A stretch of 64,000 nt of DNA from Candidatus Krumholzibacteriota bacterium (lineage in GTDB: Bacteria > Krumholzibacteriota > Krumholzibacteriia > JAJRXK01), in contig CAVXTH010000006.1 of the NCBI GenBank assembly GCA_963764625.1, positions 192,001 through 256,000 on the forward strand. The letters are read 5' to 3'. A program made the translations under genes and the position numbers. Under the pieces are notes generated by a model. It had not been told where the DNA came from. It did no database searches and worked only from the letters and a program-made list of their open reading frames with translations. Positions 11,722 through 23,437 of this stretch are shown here, piece after piece. Each line of letters opens with the position of its first letter. Position 1 is the first letter of the stretch.

Positions 11722-12774
11722 ATGAAGCGGATCGGAATCGTGGCCGGTGACGGAATCGGCCCGGAAGTGGTGAAAGAGGGTCTCCGCGTGCTGCGAGAAG
11801 TTGGGCCCCGGGTGGGACTCGAGTACGAGACGGTCGAGTACCCCTTTAGCGCGGACCACTACCTGGAGACCGGGGAGACGATGCCCGATTCGGTCCTCAG
11901 CGAGTACCGCGAGCTGGACGCCATCCTGCTGGGCGCCATCGGCGATCCGAGGGTGGAAGTAGGCCTTCTGGAGCGGGCGATCATCGGAGGGATCCGCTGG
12001 AAGCTCGACATGTATCTGAATCTGAGGCCGGTGAAGCTATACCACGAGGACCTGTGCCCGCTCAAAGGCAAGACCACGAAAGACATCGACATGATCTTCG
12101 TGCGCGAGAATACGGAGAGCCTCTACTGCCAGATCTACGGCGTGTTCAAGAAGGGCACTCCCGATGAGATCACCACGCAGGAGATGGTGAACACCCGCAA
12201 GGGCATCGAGCGGGCCGTACGCTATGCCTACGAAGTGGCGGCCAAGCGGCCGCGGAAGAAACTGACCCTCATCGACAAGGCGAATGCGCTGAGAAGCCAG
12301 GAACTGTGGACCCGAACCTTCGCCGAGGTGGGAGAGGAGTTTCCGCAGGTCGAGCAGGACCACGCCTATATCGACGCCGCCTGCATGTGGATGGTCAAGA
12401 ATCCAGAGTGGTTCGACGTGGCGGTGGTGGACAACATGTTCGGGGACATCGTGACCGACATCGGCGCCATGATTCAGGGCGGCCTCGGCGTGGCGGCGAG
12501 TGGAAACATTCACCCCGGCCAGGTGAGCATGTTCGAACCCATCCACGGATCGGCTCCCAAGTATCGGGGCCAGCAGAAGGCCTGCCCGGTGGCCACCATC
12601 TCCGCGGTGGGCATGATGGTGGACTTCCTGGGCTTTCCCGAGGGGGGCGCGAGGATCGAGGGGGCCATCCAGAGCGCGATCGCCAGCCGCAAGATTCCCT
12701 CGCTGAGTACCTCCAGTGGGCTCAAGACCTCCGAATATACGGACCTCATACTCGCGGAATTGGCGTCGGACTGA
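11722..12774 (+). CDS. leuB: 3-isopropylmalate dehydrogenase / beta-decarboxylating dehydrogenase
   Basis: GDGIGPEV, NLRP, VRENTE, DKAN, NMFGDI, FEPIHGSAP. Confidence 0.85.
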   Translation: MKRIGIVAGDGIGPEVVKEGLRVLREVGPRVGLEYETVEYPFSADHYLETGETMPDSVLSEYRELDAILLGAIGDPRVEVGLLERAIIGGIRWKLDMYLNLRPVKLYHEDLCPLKGKTTKDIDMIFVRENTESLYCQIYGVFKKGTPDEITTQEMVNTRKGIERAVRYAYEVAAKRPRKKLTLIDKANALRSQELWTRTFAEVGEEFPQVEQDHAYIDAACMWMVKNPEWFDVAVVDNMFGDIVTDIGAMIQGGLGVAASGNIHPGQVSMFEPIHGSAPKYRGQQKACPVATISAVGMMVDFLGFPEGGARIEGAIQSAIASRKIPSLSTSSGLKTSEYTDLILAELASD

Positions 12775-12837
12775 GAGATTTCTGCTTTGATATTCATCGA
12801 AATGTCTAATACATAGGCCTCCAAGGGGGAGCTCGGC

Positions 12838-12866
12838 TTGACCGGGCCCCCCTACGCACCTATAGT
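12838..12866 (+). promoter_or_regulatory. sigma70-type promoter for tRNA-Leu/tig operon
   Basis: TTGACC-17 bp-TATAGT. Confidence 0.6.
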
Positions 12867-12968
12867 GTATCCTTCCACGCAGCGGACGTCTTCTCGGCTA
12901 AGTGACCAAATTTCAGGCGTCTACGCCGTAAGATGGTCGAACGGCGTGGGGCGAACCAGAGCGATGGA

Positions 12969-13053
12969 GCGCGAGTGGCGGAACTGGCAGACGCGCAGGG
13001 TTTAGGTCCCTGTGAGGTAACTCGTGGGGGTTCGAGTCCCCCCTCGCGCACCA
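12969..13053 (+). tRNA. tRNA-Leu (anticodon TAG)
   Basis: Acceptor stem GCGCGAG/CTCGCGC, anticodon arm CAGGG-TTTAGGT-CCCTG, long variable arm, GTTCGAGTC, encoded CCA. Confidence 0.95.
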
Positions 13054-13099
13054 GGACCTCCCAGGAAAGAACCGCCCCGAGGGAAGTGGGGATCAGGCG

Positions 13100-14471
13100 A
13101 TGAGCGAAAAAGCAATCGAGTTCGAGCTGGAGGCCGCCGAGGAGGCGTGGAAGCGCATCGCGCACGTCACCATCAGCTCCGCTCACATGGACGTCATTCG
13201 GGAGAAAGTCGTCGGAGACCTACGCAAGCAGGTGAAGCGGCCGGGCTTCCGCAAGGGCAAGGTGCCGCCCAAGATCATCCGCAGCGAGTACGCAGCCGAG
13301 GTCGAGCGGGAGTCGCTCGAGCGGGTGGTGCCGGAGGCCTACCGCGAGATCCTCAAGGCTCACGAAGAACTCGAGCCGCTGGGCGAACCGCGGGTCGACA
13401 AACTCAGCCTCGAAGAGGGGCAACCGGTGGGCTTCGATCTGCAGATCGAAGTGCGTCCGGAGATCGAGATTCAGGGTCTTCAGTCCTGCGAGGTCCAGCG
13501 GGTCGAGATCGAGATCAGCGAGAAGCGCGTGGACGCGGCCATGCAGGAACTTAGCCGGGCGCAGTGCGACCTGGTCCCCGGTCCAGCGGGAAGCACGGGC
13601 CGGGGACGCCCTGATGATCGACTACGCTCCCCTGGGTGAAGATGGAACGCCCAACGAGTCGGAGCGTACCAAGGACTACGCGATGGAGCTGGGTGGCACG
13701 AGCGTACTGCCCGAATTCAACGCGGCGCTGACCGGCTTGCAGATTGGCGAAGATACCCAAGTCGAGGTGAGCTACCCCGCGGACTATCCACGCGAGGATC
13801 TCGCGGGTAAGACCATGAGCTTCGAAGTGCGCGTCAACGAGATCAAGGAAAAGCAGGTTCCGCAGCTCAACGACGATTTCGCGCAGAGCGTCAGTGCGTT
13901 CCAGACGCTCGAGGAACTACGCGACGCGGTGCGGGATGATCTGGTGAAGACGGCAAAGCGCGAGAGCAAGCGCCATTTCCGCGAGAGCCTGGTCGATGAG
14001 GTCCTCAAGTTGAACGCCGTGGCCGTGCCCCCCAGCCTCGAGGCACGTTACGTGCAAGCGATGATCGAGGATCTCAAGGACAGTTCCGGGCGGGATTTCG
14101 ACAGCGAGACTCGCAAGAAACTGGCCGAGAGTTATGCGCCCTCGGCGCGCCGCGCGACGCAGCGGTGGCTGCTCATCGACCACATCAAGAAAACCCAGGG
14201 GATCGACGTCGGGGACGAGGAACTCCAGGTAAAGATCGAGGAGCTCGCGGCCGAACGAGATGCCACCCCGGAACAGGTGCGACAGGCGCTGCAGACCCGA
14301 AACGGGCTGGCTCACTTGCGCCTGGAGCTCGAAGAAGACCGTGTTTTCGACTGGCTCTCCGAGCAGGTTCAGGTGAAGGTGGTTCAAAAGAGCGCCGACG
14401 AGCTCGACGAGGGCGATTTGGCAGAGGAAGCGGCCCAGGAGGCCAAAGCCGGGGACGAGAGCGCGCAGTAG
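13100..14471 (+). CDS. tig: trigger factor; frameshift near 13565-13580
   Basis: PGFRKGKVP signature in ORF 13100..13639; FKBP and C-terminal domains in ORF 13614..14471; canonical tig-clpP-clpX context. Confidence 0.9.
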
Positions 14472-14507
14472 AGCGGCCCTCAGCCCCTTTCGTCAAGGAG
14501 ATCACAG

Positions 14508-15116
14508 ATGCTGGTTCCCATGGTGGTGGAACAAACGGGTCGAGGCGAACGGGCGTACGACATTTACAGCCGTTTGCTCAAGGATCGGATCGTCTTCATC
14601 GGGTCCCAGATCGATGATAGCGTGGCGAATCTGGTCATCGCGCAGATGCTCTTTCTGCAGGCCGAAGATTCCGATCGCGACATCTATCTGTACATCAATT
14701 CGCCCGGTGGGGTGATTTCGTCTGGTTTGGCTATCTACGACACCATGCAGTACATTTCTAATGACGTCGCCACGATTTGCATGGGCCAGGCGGCCTCCAT
14801 GGCCGCGGTGCTCATGGCGGCGGGAGCGGTTGGCAAGCGCTCGGCGCTGCCCCACTCGCGCATCATGATCCATCAGCCCATGGGGGGTTCCCAGGGTCAG
14901 GCGGCCATGATCGAGATCTACGCCAGGGAAATCCTGTACATGCGGGATCGCTTGAACGAGATTCTTTCCGGTCACACCAAGCAGTCTCTCAAGAAGATCG
15001 CCAAGGACACTGACCGTGATTTCTTCATGTCGGCGGAAGAGGCCAAGGAATACGGCATCGTCGACAAGGTCATCGAGAAGCGAGATGAGCTAGGCCCGGA
15101 TAGCAAAAACGGCTAG
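14508..15116 (+). CDS. clpP: ATP-dependent Clp protease proteolytic subunit
   Basis: [31 protein letters not shown]. Confidence 0.98.
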   Translation: MLVPMVVEQTGRGERAYDIYSRLLKDRIVFIGSQIDDSVANLVIAQMLFLQAEDSDRDIYLYINSPGGVISSGLAIYDTMQYISNDVATICMGQAASMAAVLMAAGAVGKRSALPHSRIMIHQPMGGSQGQAAMIEIYAREILYMRDRLNEILSGHTKQSLKKIAKDTDRDFFMSAEEAKEYGIVDKVIEKRDELGPDSKNG

Positions 15117-15150
15117 GTAAGCGGACGGCCGTACCCATGCCATCCCTCGG

Positions 15151-16422
<1,272 letters not shown>

Positions 16423-16506
16423 GTGGCGCATGCGGGGTCGTCCTCGCGTTCGAAGAACAAACCAAGGCCCGCCTCGTGCGGGCCTTGACTGTGTAGGAGA
16501 AAGACG

Positions 16507-18924
16507 ATGAGTAAGAGCGCCAAGGACAAGGCCAACGAAGATCTGGGACTGGTGCCCACCCGCTTGCCGCTCTTGCCGCTGCGCGATGTGGTGATCTTCC
16601 CGGGCGCGATCGTGCCGCTTTTGGTGGGACGCGAACGCAGCATTCAGGCTCTGAATGCCGCGGCCGACGCGGAGAAACTCCTCGTGGTCTCGGCGCAGCG
16701 CGAGCCCGAGGTTGCCGATCCCGGGACCGACGACATCTACGCCATTGGCACTTTGGTGCGGATTCATCAGGTGCTGCGCTTGCCCGACGGCACCACCAAG
16801 ATCCTCATCGAAGGTCTGTCCCGCGCCGAGATCACCGCGCACTACCAGGACGAGGGTTATCTCTCGGTCGACTTCGCGCTGTGCGAAGTGGTGTCGGAAC
16901 CCCAGAGCACCGAACTGGAAGCGCAGTGCCGGCAGGTGGCGGAGCTATTCGAAGACTATGTGCACCTGCACAAGCGCATTCCCGACGAGACCATTGTCGC
17001 CGTTCAGCGTATCGAAGATGCCGACTACCTCGCCGATACCGTGGCCTCGCAGTTAGTGGTGGGGGTGGCCCTTCGGCAAGAGCTTCTGGCCAACCTTGAG
17101 ATCACTCCGAGACTCCGCCACCTGGCGAAGATCCTGCGGCGCGAGATCGAAATCCTCGGGGTCGAGAGGCGGATCGAAGGCGAAGTCAAACAGCAGGTGG
17201 AGAAGGGCCAGAAGGAGTTCTACCTCAACGAGCAATTGCGGGCGATTCGCAAGGAACTCGGCTATGGACCCGAGGAAGACGACGAGATCGAAGAGCTCAT
17301 CAAGCGGATCGAACGCGCCGAGATGAGCGACGAGGCGCACGAGATCGCTCTCAAGGAAGTGGGGCGACTGGCCAAGATGGCGCCCATGTCTCCCGAGAGC
17401 ACCGTGGTGCGCACCTATCTCGACACGCTCTTGGGTTTGCCCTGGGCAAGCCGCAGTCAGGATCGCCTCGATACCCACCGCGCGCGGCGCCGGCTCGACG
17501 CCGATCACTACGGGCTGGAGAAGGTCAAAGAGCGCATCCTGGAGTTCCTCAGCGTGGTCAAGCTGACCGGCCGGCTCCAGGGCTCCATCCTCTGCTTGGT
17601 GGGCCCTCCCGGAGTAGGGAAGACCAGTCTGGGCCGCAGCATCGCCGACAGCATGGGCCGCAACTTCGTGCGGGTGAGTCTGGGCGGCGTGCGCGACGAA
17701 GCCGAGATTCGGGGCCACCGGCGCACCTACATCGGCAGCCGTCCGGGCCGGATCATCGAGGGCCTGAAACGCGCGGGCACTCGCAACCCCGTCTTTCTGT
17801 TGGATGAAATCGACAAGCTGGGAAGCGACTTCCGCGGCGATCCCGCCTCGGCGTTGCTCGAGGTGCTCGACCCTGAGCAAAACAAGAACTACAGCGACCA
17901 CTTCCTGGAGGTTTCGTTCGACCTCAGCGAGGTCTTCTTCATCACCACCGCGAACGTGCTGCACCAGATTCCTCCCGCGCTCGGCGATCGGATGGAGATC
18001 ATTCGCATCCCCGGCTATCTCGAACACGAGAAGGTGCTCATCGCGAAGAACTTCCTGCTGCCCAAAGTTCGCAAAAGCCACGGTCTGGAGCGCACCCGGT
18101 TCTCGGTGAGTGAGTCCGCCTTGAAGGACGCGGTGAATCTGTACACGCGGGAAGCCGGGGTGCGTAATCTCGAACGCGAGTTGGCCACCCTGTGCCGCCG
18201 GGTCGCGCGCCGCAAGGCGGAACGGCGGCCGATGCCGCGGATCATCCAGCGCAGCAATCTGCACCGTTTCCTCGGGGCTCCGAAGTACCTGCACCGCATG
18301 GTGGAGGATGAGCCCGAGGTCGGAGTCGTCAACGGTCTGGCCTGGACCCCGGTTGGCGGTGAAATTCTCGAGATCGAGGTTGCGGCTTTGCCCGGAAAGG
18401 GCCGTCTGACCCTCACCGGCAACCTGAAGGAAGTCATGCGGGAGAGTGCGCGAACTGCGCTCAGCTACGCCAGGTCGTTCGTACCCGAGAGCAAGACCTT
18501 CCTTGACCAGCACGACATCCACATTCACGTTCCCGAAGGTGCCGTACCCAAAGACGGTCCCAGCGCGGGAACCGCCATGGCCACCGCGCTGGTGTCGATG
18601 ATGACCAATCGCAAGGTCCGACGCGAAATGGCGATGACCGGCGAGGTGACGCTGCGCGGAAAAGTGCTGCCCATCGGAGGCCTACCGGAGAAGGCTGTGG
18701 CGGCGCAGAGATTCGGGTGCAAGCACATCATCATTCCTGCCGACAACGAGAAGGACTATCTCGAGCTTCCCCGCGACGTGCGCAAGGGTCTGCAGTGGCA
18801 CCTGGTCTCGCGCGTGGAGGAAGTGATCGATCTGGTACTGTTGCCAGCCAAGAAGCCCGAGCCAAAGGAAGATGCGCTGCTCAACGTCAGCCGGAGTCGT
18901 TCGACGGAGAGCCGGGCGCACTGA
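16507..18924 (+). CDS. lon: Lon protease
   Basis: LPLRD, GPPGVGKTS, RGHRRTYIG, PKDGPSAG. Confidence 0.98.
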   Translation: MSKSAKDKANEDLGLVPTRLPLLPLRDVVIFPGAIVPLLVGRERSIQALNAAADAEKLLVVSAQREPEVADPGTDDIYAIGTLVRIHQVLRLPDGTTKILIEGLSRAEITAHYQDEGYLSVDFALCEVVSEPQSTELEAQCRQVAELFEDYVHLHKRIPDETIVAVQRIEDADYLADTVASQLVVGVALRQELLANLEITPRLRHLAKILRREIEILGVERRIEGEVKQQVEKGQKEFYLNEQLRAIRKELGYGPEEDDEIEELIKRIERAEMSDEAHEIALKEVGRLAKMAPMSPESTVVRTYLDTLLGLPWASRSQDRLDTHRARRRLDADHYGLEKVKERILEFLSVVKLTGRLQGSILCLVGPPGVGKTSLGRSIADSMGRNFVRVSLGGVRDEAEIRGHRRTYIGSRPGRIIEGLKRAGTRNPVFLLDEIDKLGSDFRGDPASALLEVLDPEQNKNYSDHFLEVSFDLSEVFFITTANVLHQIPPALGDRMEIIRIPGYLEHEKVLIAKNFLLPKVRKSHGLERTRFSVSESALKDAVNLYTREAGVRNLERELATLCRRVARRKAERRPMPRIIQRSNLHRFLGAPKYLHRMVEDEPEVGVVNGLAWTPVGGEILEIEVAALPGKGRLTLTGNLKEVMRESARTALSYARSFVPESKTFLDQHDIHIHVPEGAVPKDGPSAGTAMATALVSMMTNRKVRREMAMTGEVTLRGKVLPIGGLPEKAVAAQRFGCKHIIIPADNEKDYLELPRDVRKGLQWHLVSRVEEVIDLVLLPAKKPEPKEDALLNVSRSRSTESRAH

Positions 18925-18929
18925 ATCTG

Positions 18930-19547
18930 ATGCAGCATGAAGTCGAATTGGTCACGCTCGCGCCCGACCTCGCCCGCTGTCCCGACTCAGCTCTGCCGGA
19001 GCTGGCGTTCAGTGGCCGCTCGAACGTGGGAAAGTCGTCGTTGCTCAATCTTCTGGTGGGCCGCCGACGCATGGCGTACACCAGCGGGCAGCCCGGCAAA
19101 ACGCGCACCCTCGGCTACTATCTCGTCGACCACGGGTGGCATCTGGTGGACATGCCGGGCTACGGATTTGCGCGCACTTCGCAGGCGGAACGCCGCACCT
19201 GGGTCGCGGCCAGCCGGGTCTACCTCTCGCAACGCCGGCAGCTGCGGGGCGTGCTCCAGCTGGTCGATCTGAAGGTCGGCGTGACTCCTGATGACCGGGC
19301 GCGGCTTCGTGATCTGCTCGCCTTCGGCCGCGACTTTTGTATTATTTTCACCAAAGCCGACAAGATTCCAGCCAGCAAGCACGAGAGCCTGGTGGTGGAA
19401 CATCTTTCAGGACTTGGACTTCCCGCGACGACCGGGGTCATCGTGAGCTCCGTGAAGGCTCGGCTGGGTCAGGAGGAGATCTGGGCCTGGGTGGAAGAGC
19501 GACTCGAGACCGAATCGGCGCAGGATCGTCCATATCCGGGCGATTGA
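18930..19547 (+). CDS. engB: ribosome biogenesis GTPase YihA/YsxC
   Basis: GRSNVGKSS, PGKT, DMPGYG, TKADK; follows lon. Confidence 0.92.
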   Translation: MQHEVELVTLAPDLARCPDSALPELAFSGRSNVGKSSLLNLLVGRRRMAYTSGQPGKTRTLGYYLVDHGWHLVDMPGYGFARTSQAERRTWVAASRVYLSQRRQLRGVLQLVDLKVGVTPDDRARLRDLLAFGRDFCIIFTKADKIPASKHESLVVEHLSGLGLPATTGVIVSSVKARLGQEEIWAWVEERLETESAQDRPYPGD

Positions 19548-19573
19548 CCGGGCGCGCCGAGCGGACCTATACT
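19544..19573 (+). promoter_or_regulatory. putative sigma70 promoter
   Basis: TTGACC-18 bp-TATACT, similar to the tRNA-Leu promoter. Confidence 0.5.
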
Positions 19574-19704
19574 GGACCTACGTCCGCGGACTCCTTGGCA
19601 TGCTTCTGGTAAGCGGCAGTGTAGAGTTGGGGCGCGCCGCGGCGCGCAGGACCAAGGCCGCCTCCAAGGAGTAGGGGGATACGAAACTGGCTACCGTACG
19701 ATTC

Positions 19705-20160
19705 ATGCGTCGAAGCCTCTTTCTGTTGTCGTGCCTGTTCGTGCTGGGCATGCTCGGACCCGGGTCTGCCTGGGCCACGCTCTCGGAGATGTGGAGTCTT
19801 CCCACCTATGAGCCCGCTCGCTGTCTGACTTGTCACACCTCCTCCCAGACCGCGCTCGACAACGATCCCTCTTTGGCAACGCAGTTGAACCCCTTTGGAG
19901 TCGACTGGAATTCGCTGGGTCGCGTTTGGAACGAGAACATCGCCAAGCGGGACAGCGACGGTGACCAGTGCATCAACGGCGCAGAGCTAGGGGATTACAC
20001 GGGGACACAGTGGACGGGACCTTATGTGGAGGATCCCACCCGCAACCAACAGAACAGCAATCCCGGTGTCGTCGACTGCACCCGGGCTTCGATCGACGAT
20101 CGAAGCTGGGGTATTCTCAAGGCCGTGTTCGGAGAATCGAACAAGTTCAAATACAAATAA
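19705..20160 (+). CDS. exported small protein with CxxCH, temptin-like DSDGD motif and SWGxLK tail
   Basis: Signal peptide; CLTCH; LNPFGVDW...DSDGDQCINGAELGD; SWGILKAVF. Confidence 0.75.
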   Translation: MRRSLFLLSCLFVLGMLGPGSAWATLSEMWSLPTYEPARCLTCHTSSQTALDNDPSLATQLNPFGVDWNSLGRVWNENIAKRDSDGDQCINGAELGDYTGTQWTGPYVEDPTRNQQNSNPGVVDCTRASIDDRSWGILKAVFGESNKFKYK

Positions 20161-20241
20161 TTCATCCGGGCGAAGGCCCCTGTTGTCTCTGCCGACCAGC
20201 CCTGCGCTGGAGGCGTGTTTTTTTGCGAGGTGAAGCAGGCG

Positions 20242-21531
20242 ATGCAGATGGTACGCGTTGTTCTGGGAGGTCAGTGGGGTGACGAAGGCAAGGGGAAGGT
20301 CGTGGACTGCCTCACCGCCGGCGTCGATCTTGTGGCGCGCTTTCAGGGAGGGGCCAACGCCGGTCACACCGTGAAGGTGGGCGACCAGGCGTTCGTCCTG
20401 CACTTGCTTCCCACGGGAATCCTCCACGAAAGGGTGCGCTGCTTTCTCGGAGCCGCGATGGTGGTGGATACCTGGGCCCTGTTGGGAGAACTGGACGAGC
20501 TAAAAACCGCTGGTATCGATGTCGAGGGTCGGGTTCACATCGCCACCTCCGCGCACCTGGTGCTGCCCTTTCATCGACGCGTCGACGAGCTGCGCGAGAA
20601 GAGTTTGCAGCGCAAGAGCATCGGCACCACGGGCTGCGGCATCGGTCCCACCTACGAAGACAAGATGGCGCGCATGGGAATGCGAGCGGCCGATCTGCTG
20701 CGCTCGGACGAGAGTCTGAAGCGCCTGGTGATCGAGAAAGTGCTGCGCGCGAATCAGTACATCGCGGCCCGCTTCGAGGCGCCCGCTTTGGCCGCGGAGG
20801 CTCTGGCGGCCGAGATCGTGGAGCAGGCCCAGCGGCTTCGGCCGATGATCATGAGTCCCTACGAGTACATGGCTCCGGTGCGCAACGGCGCCTGGAGCGC
20901 TCTTCTCGAGGGGGCTCAGGGCACTCTCCTGGACATCGATCACGGAAGTTATCCCTTCGTGACTTCGAGCAGCTGCACGGTGGGAGGGGCCTTGATCGGC
21001 ACCGGACTCTCACCTTGGCGCATCGGCGCGGTGACGCTGGTGATGAAGGCCTATTGCACACGCGTGGGGAATGGTCCTTTCCCGACCGAACTGCATGGCG
21101 ACGAGGCGGAGGAATTGCGCCGGCTCGGTCACGAGTTCGGGGCGACGACCGGTCGTCCGCGTCGTCCGGGATGGTTCGATGCGGTGGCGGCCAAGTACGC
21201 GGTCGACATCAATGGCGCGACCGAACTGGCGCTGACGAAGCTCGACGTCCTGAGCGGGATGGACAAGATCAAGGTGTGCACGGGATATACGATCGATGAG
21301 GAAGTGGTCGACTTCTTTCCCGACGACGCGCTCAGGCTCGAGCGTTGCAAGCCCGTCTTCACGGAGTTCCCTGGTTGGGAGGGGGACCTGAGCCAGGCGA
21401 AGACCTTCGAGGAGCTGCCCGAGGCCACGCGCGGCTACATCGGCGAGCTCGAAAAGCTGACCGGCTGCCGGGTTCGCTACGTTTCCACCGGGCCTCAGCG
21501 CGTCCATTTCATCGACCGCGGCGACGCCTAA
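20242..21531 (+). CDS. purA: adenylosuccinate synthetase
   Basis: QWGDEGKGK, GGANAGHT, EGAQG, GATTGRPRR. Confidence 0.98.
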   Translation: MQMVRVVLGGQWGDEGKGKVVDCLTAGVDLVARFQGGANAGHTVKVGDQAFVLHLLPTGILHERVRCFLGAAMVVDTWALLGELDELKTAGIDVEGRVHIATSAHLVLPFHRRVDELREKSLQRKSIGTTGCGIGPTYEDKMARMGMRAADLLRSDESLKRLVIEKVLRANQYIAARFEAPALAAEALAAEIVEQAQRLRPMIMSPYEYMAPVRNGAWSALLEGAQGTLLDIDHGSYPFVTSSSCTVGGALIGTGLSPWRIGAVTLVMKAYCTRVGNGPFPTELHGDEAEELRRLGHEFGATTGRPRRPGWFDAVAAKYAVDINGATELALTKLDVLSGMDKIKVCTGYTIDEEVVDFFPDDALRLERCKPVFTEFPGWEGDLSQAKTFEELPEATRGYIGELEKLTGCRVRYVSTGPQRVHFIDRGDA

Positions 21532-21685
21532 GGGTTTGCAGAATCGCAGCAGCGAGTCCTCAAAGAACGGGACTTTCCACCCCCTGGACCTGATTCGCGA
21601 AACGACGGGAAGCGATCCTACTCCACCGGACCGTGGGCGGGATTGGCATGTATTCTGTTCTGTTAGCGCCTGAGGTCTGAAATCG

Positions 21686-22594
21686 ATGCTGTGGCTCTTC
21701 CTGATCATCCTTTTCATCGCCGTGTCGGCGCTCGGAGCCTATGCCTTTCAGGTCTGGCGTCGGCACCGGAGGCTCGATGCCCTCGGGCGGCGTCACCACA
21801 TGCACCGCCCCAAGGGAAGCGAGTTCGAAACGGTGTTGCGAACCCTCCCCGAACACTGGGCGGGCGTGGGTCTACGAGACATCCTGGTGGGCACCGATAG
21901 CAGCGGCCGCTTCTTTTGCGCTCGCAAGGGGTGGGGCCGGGACATGCGCGAAGTGTTCGTGGTGGAGCTGAGTCAGCATACTCCCGCCCGTGGTCTTCAG
22001 CTCGAAAGCCGACTCGGCGTCAAGGCTGGAACTCTACACCTAGGCTGGGACATGACTCCCGAGCAAGCCTTGGATGCGACGGCCCGTGAGGTCGTGCAAC
22101 GCGTGCTGCGCGAGTTCGCCGCCTTCAAGCTGCACCATCCTCAGCCGGCCATCTCGTTGGAAGTGGGGGAGAAGAGCGCGGTGCTCTACGCTTCCGCCGC
22201 CGGAGAGGATCAGAAAACCACATTCATCGCTGCCGCGCGCGTGCTGCGCGGTGACTTGCTGCACTGTCTCTTCCGCCGGGCCACGAACACGCTGAATGCC
22301 CCCTCGCCCTCGAAAGCCCACGAGCCGGTCGCACCGGTCGACGCTGGGCATGCCGACATCGACCGCGCGCTGGAGAATCTCGAGGCCGAGCCCATCGTGA
22401 GCGCGCAGGAGCTTCTCAAGGATAAGCCGCCCCCGCCGAAGAAGGGCTGGTTCCGGGTGAAGGGGAAGGAAATCTTCGAGATTCCCGAGCCCGAGGAACA
22501 GGTCGTGGTGCTTTCGGCCGGCGCCGCCCATACCAAGGCGGTCAAGCCCATCAAGGAAGCGGACGAGGACAAGTCCAAGTTCTCCTGGTTCTAG
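21686..22594 (+). CDS. hypothetical membrane-anchored protein
   Basis: N-terminal hydrophobic helix; fills the purA-tRNA gap. Confidence 0.6.
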   Translation: MLWLFLIILFIAVSALGAYAFQVWRRHRRLDALGRRHHMHRPKGSEFETVLRTLPEHWAGVGLRDILVGTDSSGRFFCARKGWGRDMREVFVVELSQHTPARGLQLESRLGVKAGTLHLGWDMTPEQALDATAREVVQRVLREFAAFKLHHPQPAISLEVGEKSAVLYASAAGEDQKTTFIAAARVLRGDLLHCLFRRATNTLNAPSPSKAHEPVAPVDAGHADIDRALENLEAEPIVSAQELLKDKPPPPKKGWFRVKGKEIFEIPEPEEQVVVLSAGAAHTKAVKPIKEADEDKSKFSWF

Positions 22595-22738
22595 AGCGCA
22601 TCGAGTGCTCCTCTCGCGCCCCGCGGGACTTCCCGTTGTTGCCTGCCCGGGTCATTCTGGCTACACTTCCGGTCCGCTGGCGCCCTCGAGGCACCGGCAT
22701 CCCTCCCGATTCTTCGCTGAGGCGAAGATGTCTTGGGT

Positions 22739-22814
22739 GGGCCTCTAGCTCATCAGGTAGAGCAACGGACTTTTAATCCGTAGGTGCTGGGTTCGAGTCC
22801 CAGGGGGCCCACCA
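22739..22814 (+). tRNA. tRNA-Lys (anticodon TTT)
   Basis: Acceptor GGGCCTC/GGGGCCC, anticodon arm ACGGA-CTTTTAA-TCCGT, GTTCGAGTC, CCA. Confidence 0.95.
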
Positions 22815-23182
22815 GGTAACTCTAGCGAGTTACCCAGCTTACAGAGCCGCTAAGAAAGAACCAGCAAGGGCAGCAAACTCTTAGGTTACTCCTCGATCTC
22901 CAGACCTTCAAGTTTCGATCCACCTCTACCTATCTTCAGGCACTTCAATGATGTGGCCCCACACTCGTTCCGGGCCGAGACTGAGTCGTTTGGTTGTCCC
23001 GGGTTCAGGACACTTGGGGTTGGCAGGACAGATTGGCAGGGGTTTGAAGACCTCGGGATAGGCCCTCGGGGTTTCCCCCCAGGGGGTTGCCGCGAGGTTG
23101 GAATGGGCCCTCGCAGATTACACACACGATTTTCGGGTTTGGGCTGATTTGGTCTCTGCTAGATGACTCCATATCACGCGTT

Positions 23183-23282
23183 GGGGAACTGGGGAATCAA
23201 AGGGAATCGCTTTCGGAAAATCCCTATAGTAGTAATCGTGGGAGAGTTCCTGAGAATGGTCCCCTAGGACTCCCTAATCCCC
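23183..23282. repeat. ~100-bp GGGA/TCCC-iterated element, copy 1
   Basis: Aligns ungapped to the reverse complement of 24163-24263 (about 62/100 by hand count). Confidence 0.7.
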
Positions 23283-23437
23283 TAGCCCTGATGCTGTAAC
23301 GATTCCTAGGGCAGCAGCCCCCAGAGGAACTCTCCAGGCCCGAATCCCTCCCCGCATTGAAAACCGAGATCGGGTAGTCCTATAATGGCTCTGGCTCCCT
23401 ACAGATGCGTAAGCCGTCACGAGCAGGAAATCGCCTC

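Noticed and set aside
13550-13620. Programmed frameshift in tig (and other split genes)
   Set aside because: No slippery heptamer or stimulatory structure seen; the same single-base pattern occurs in many unrelated genes.
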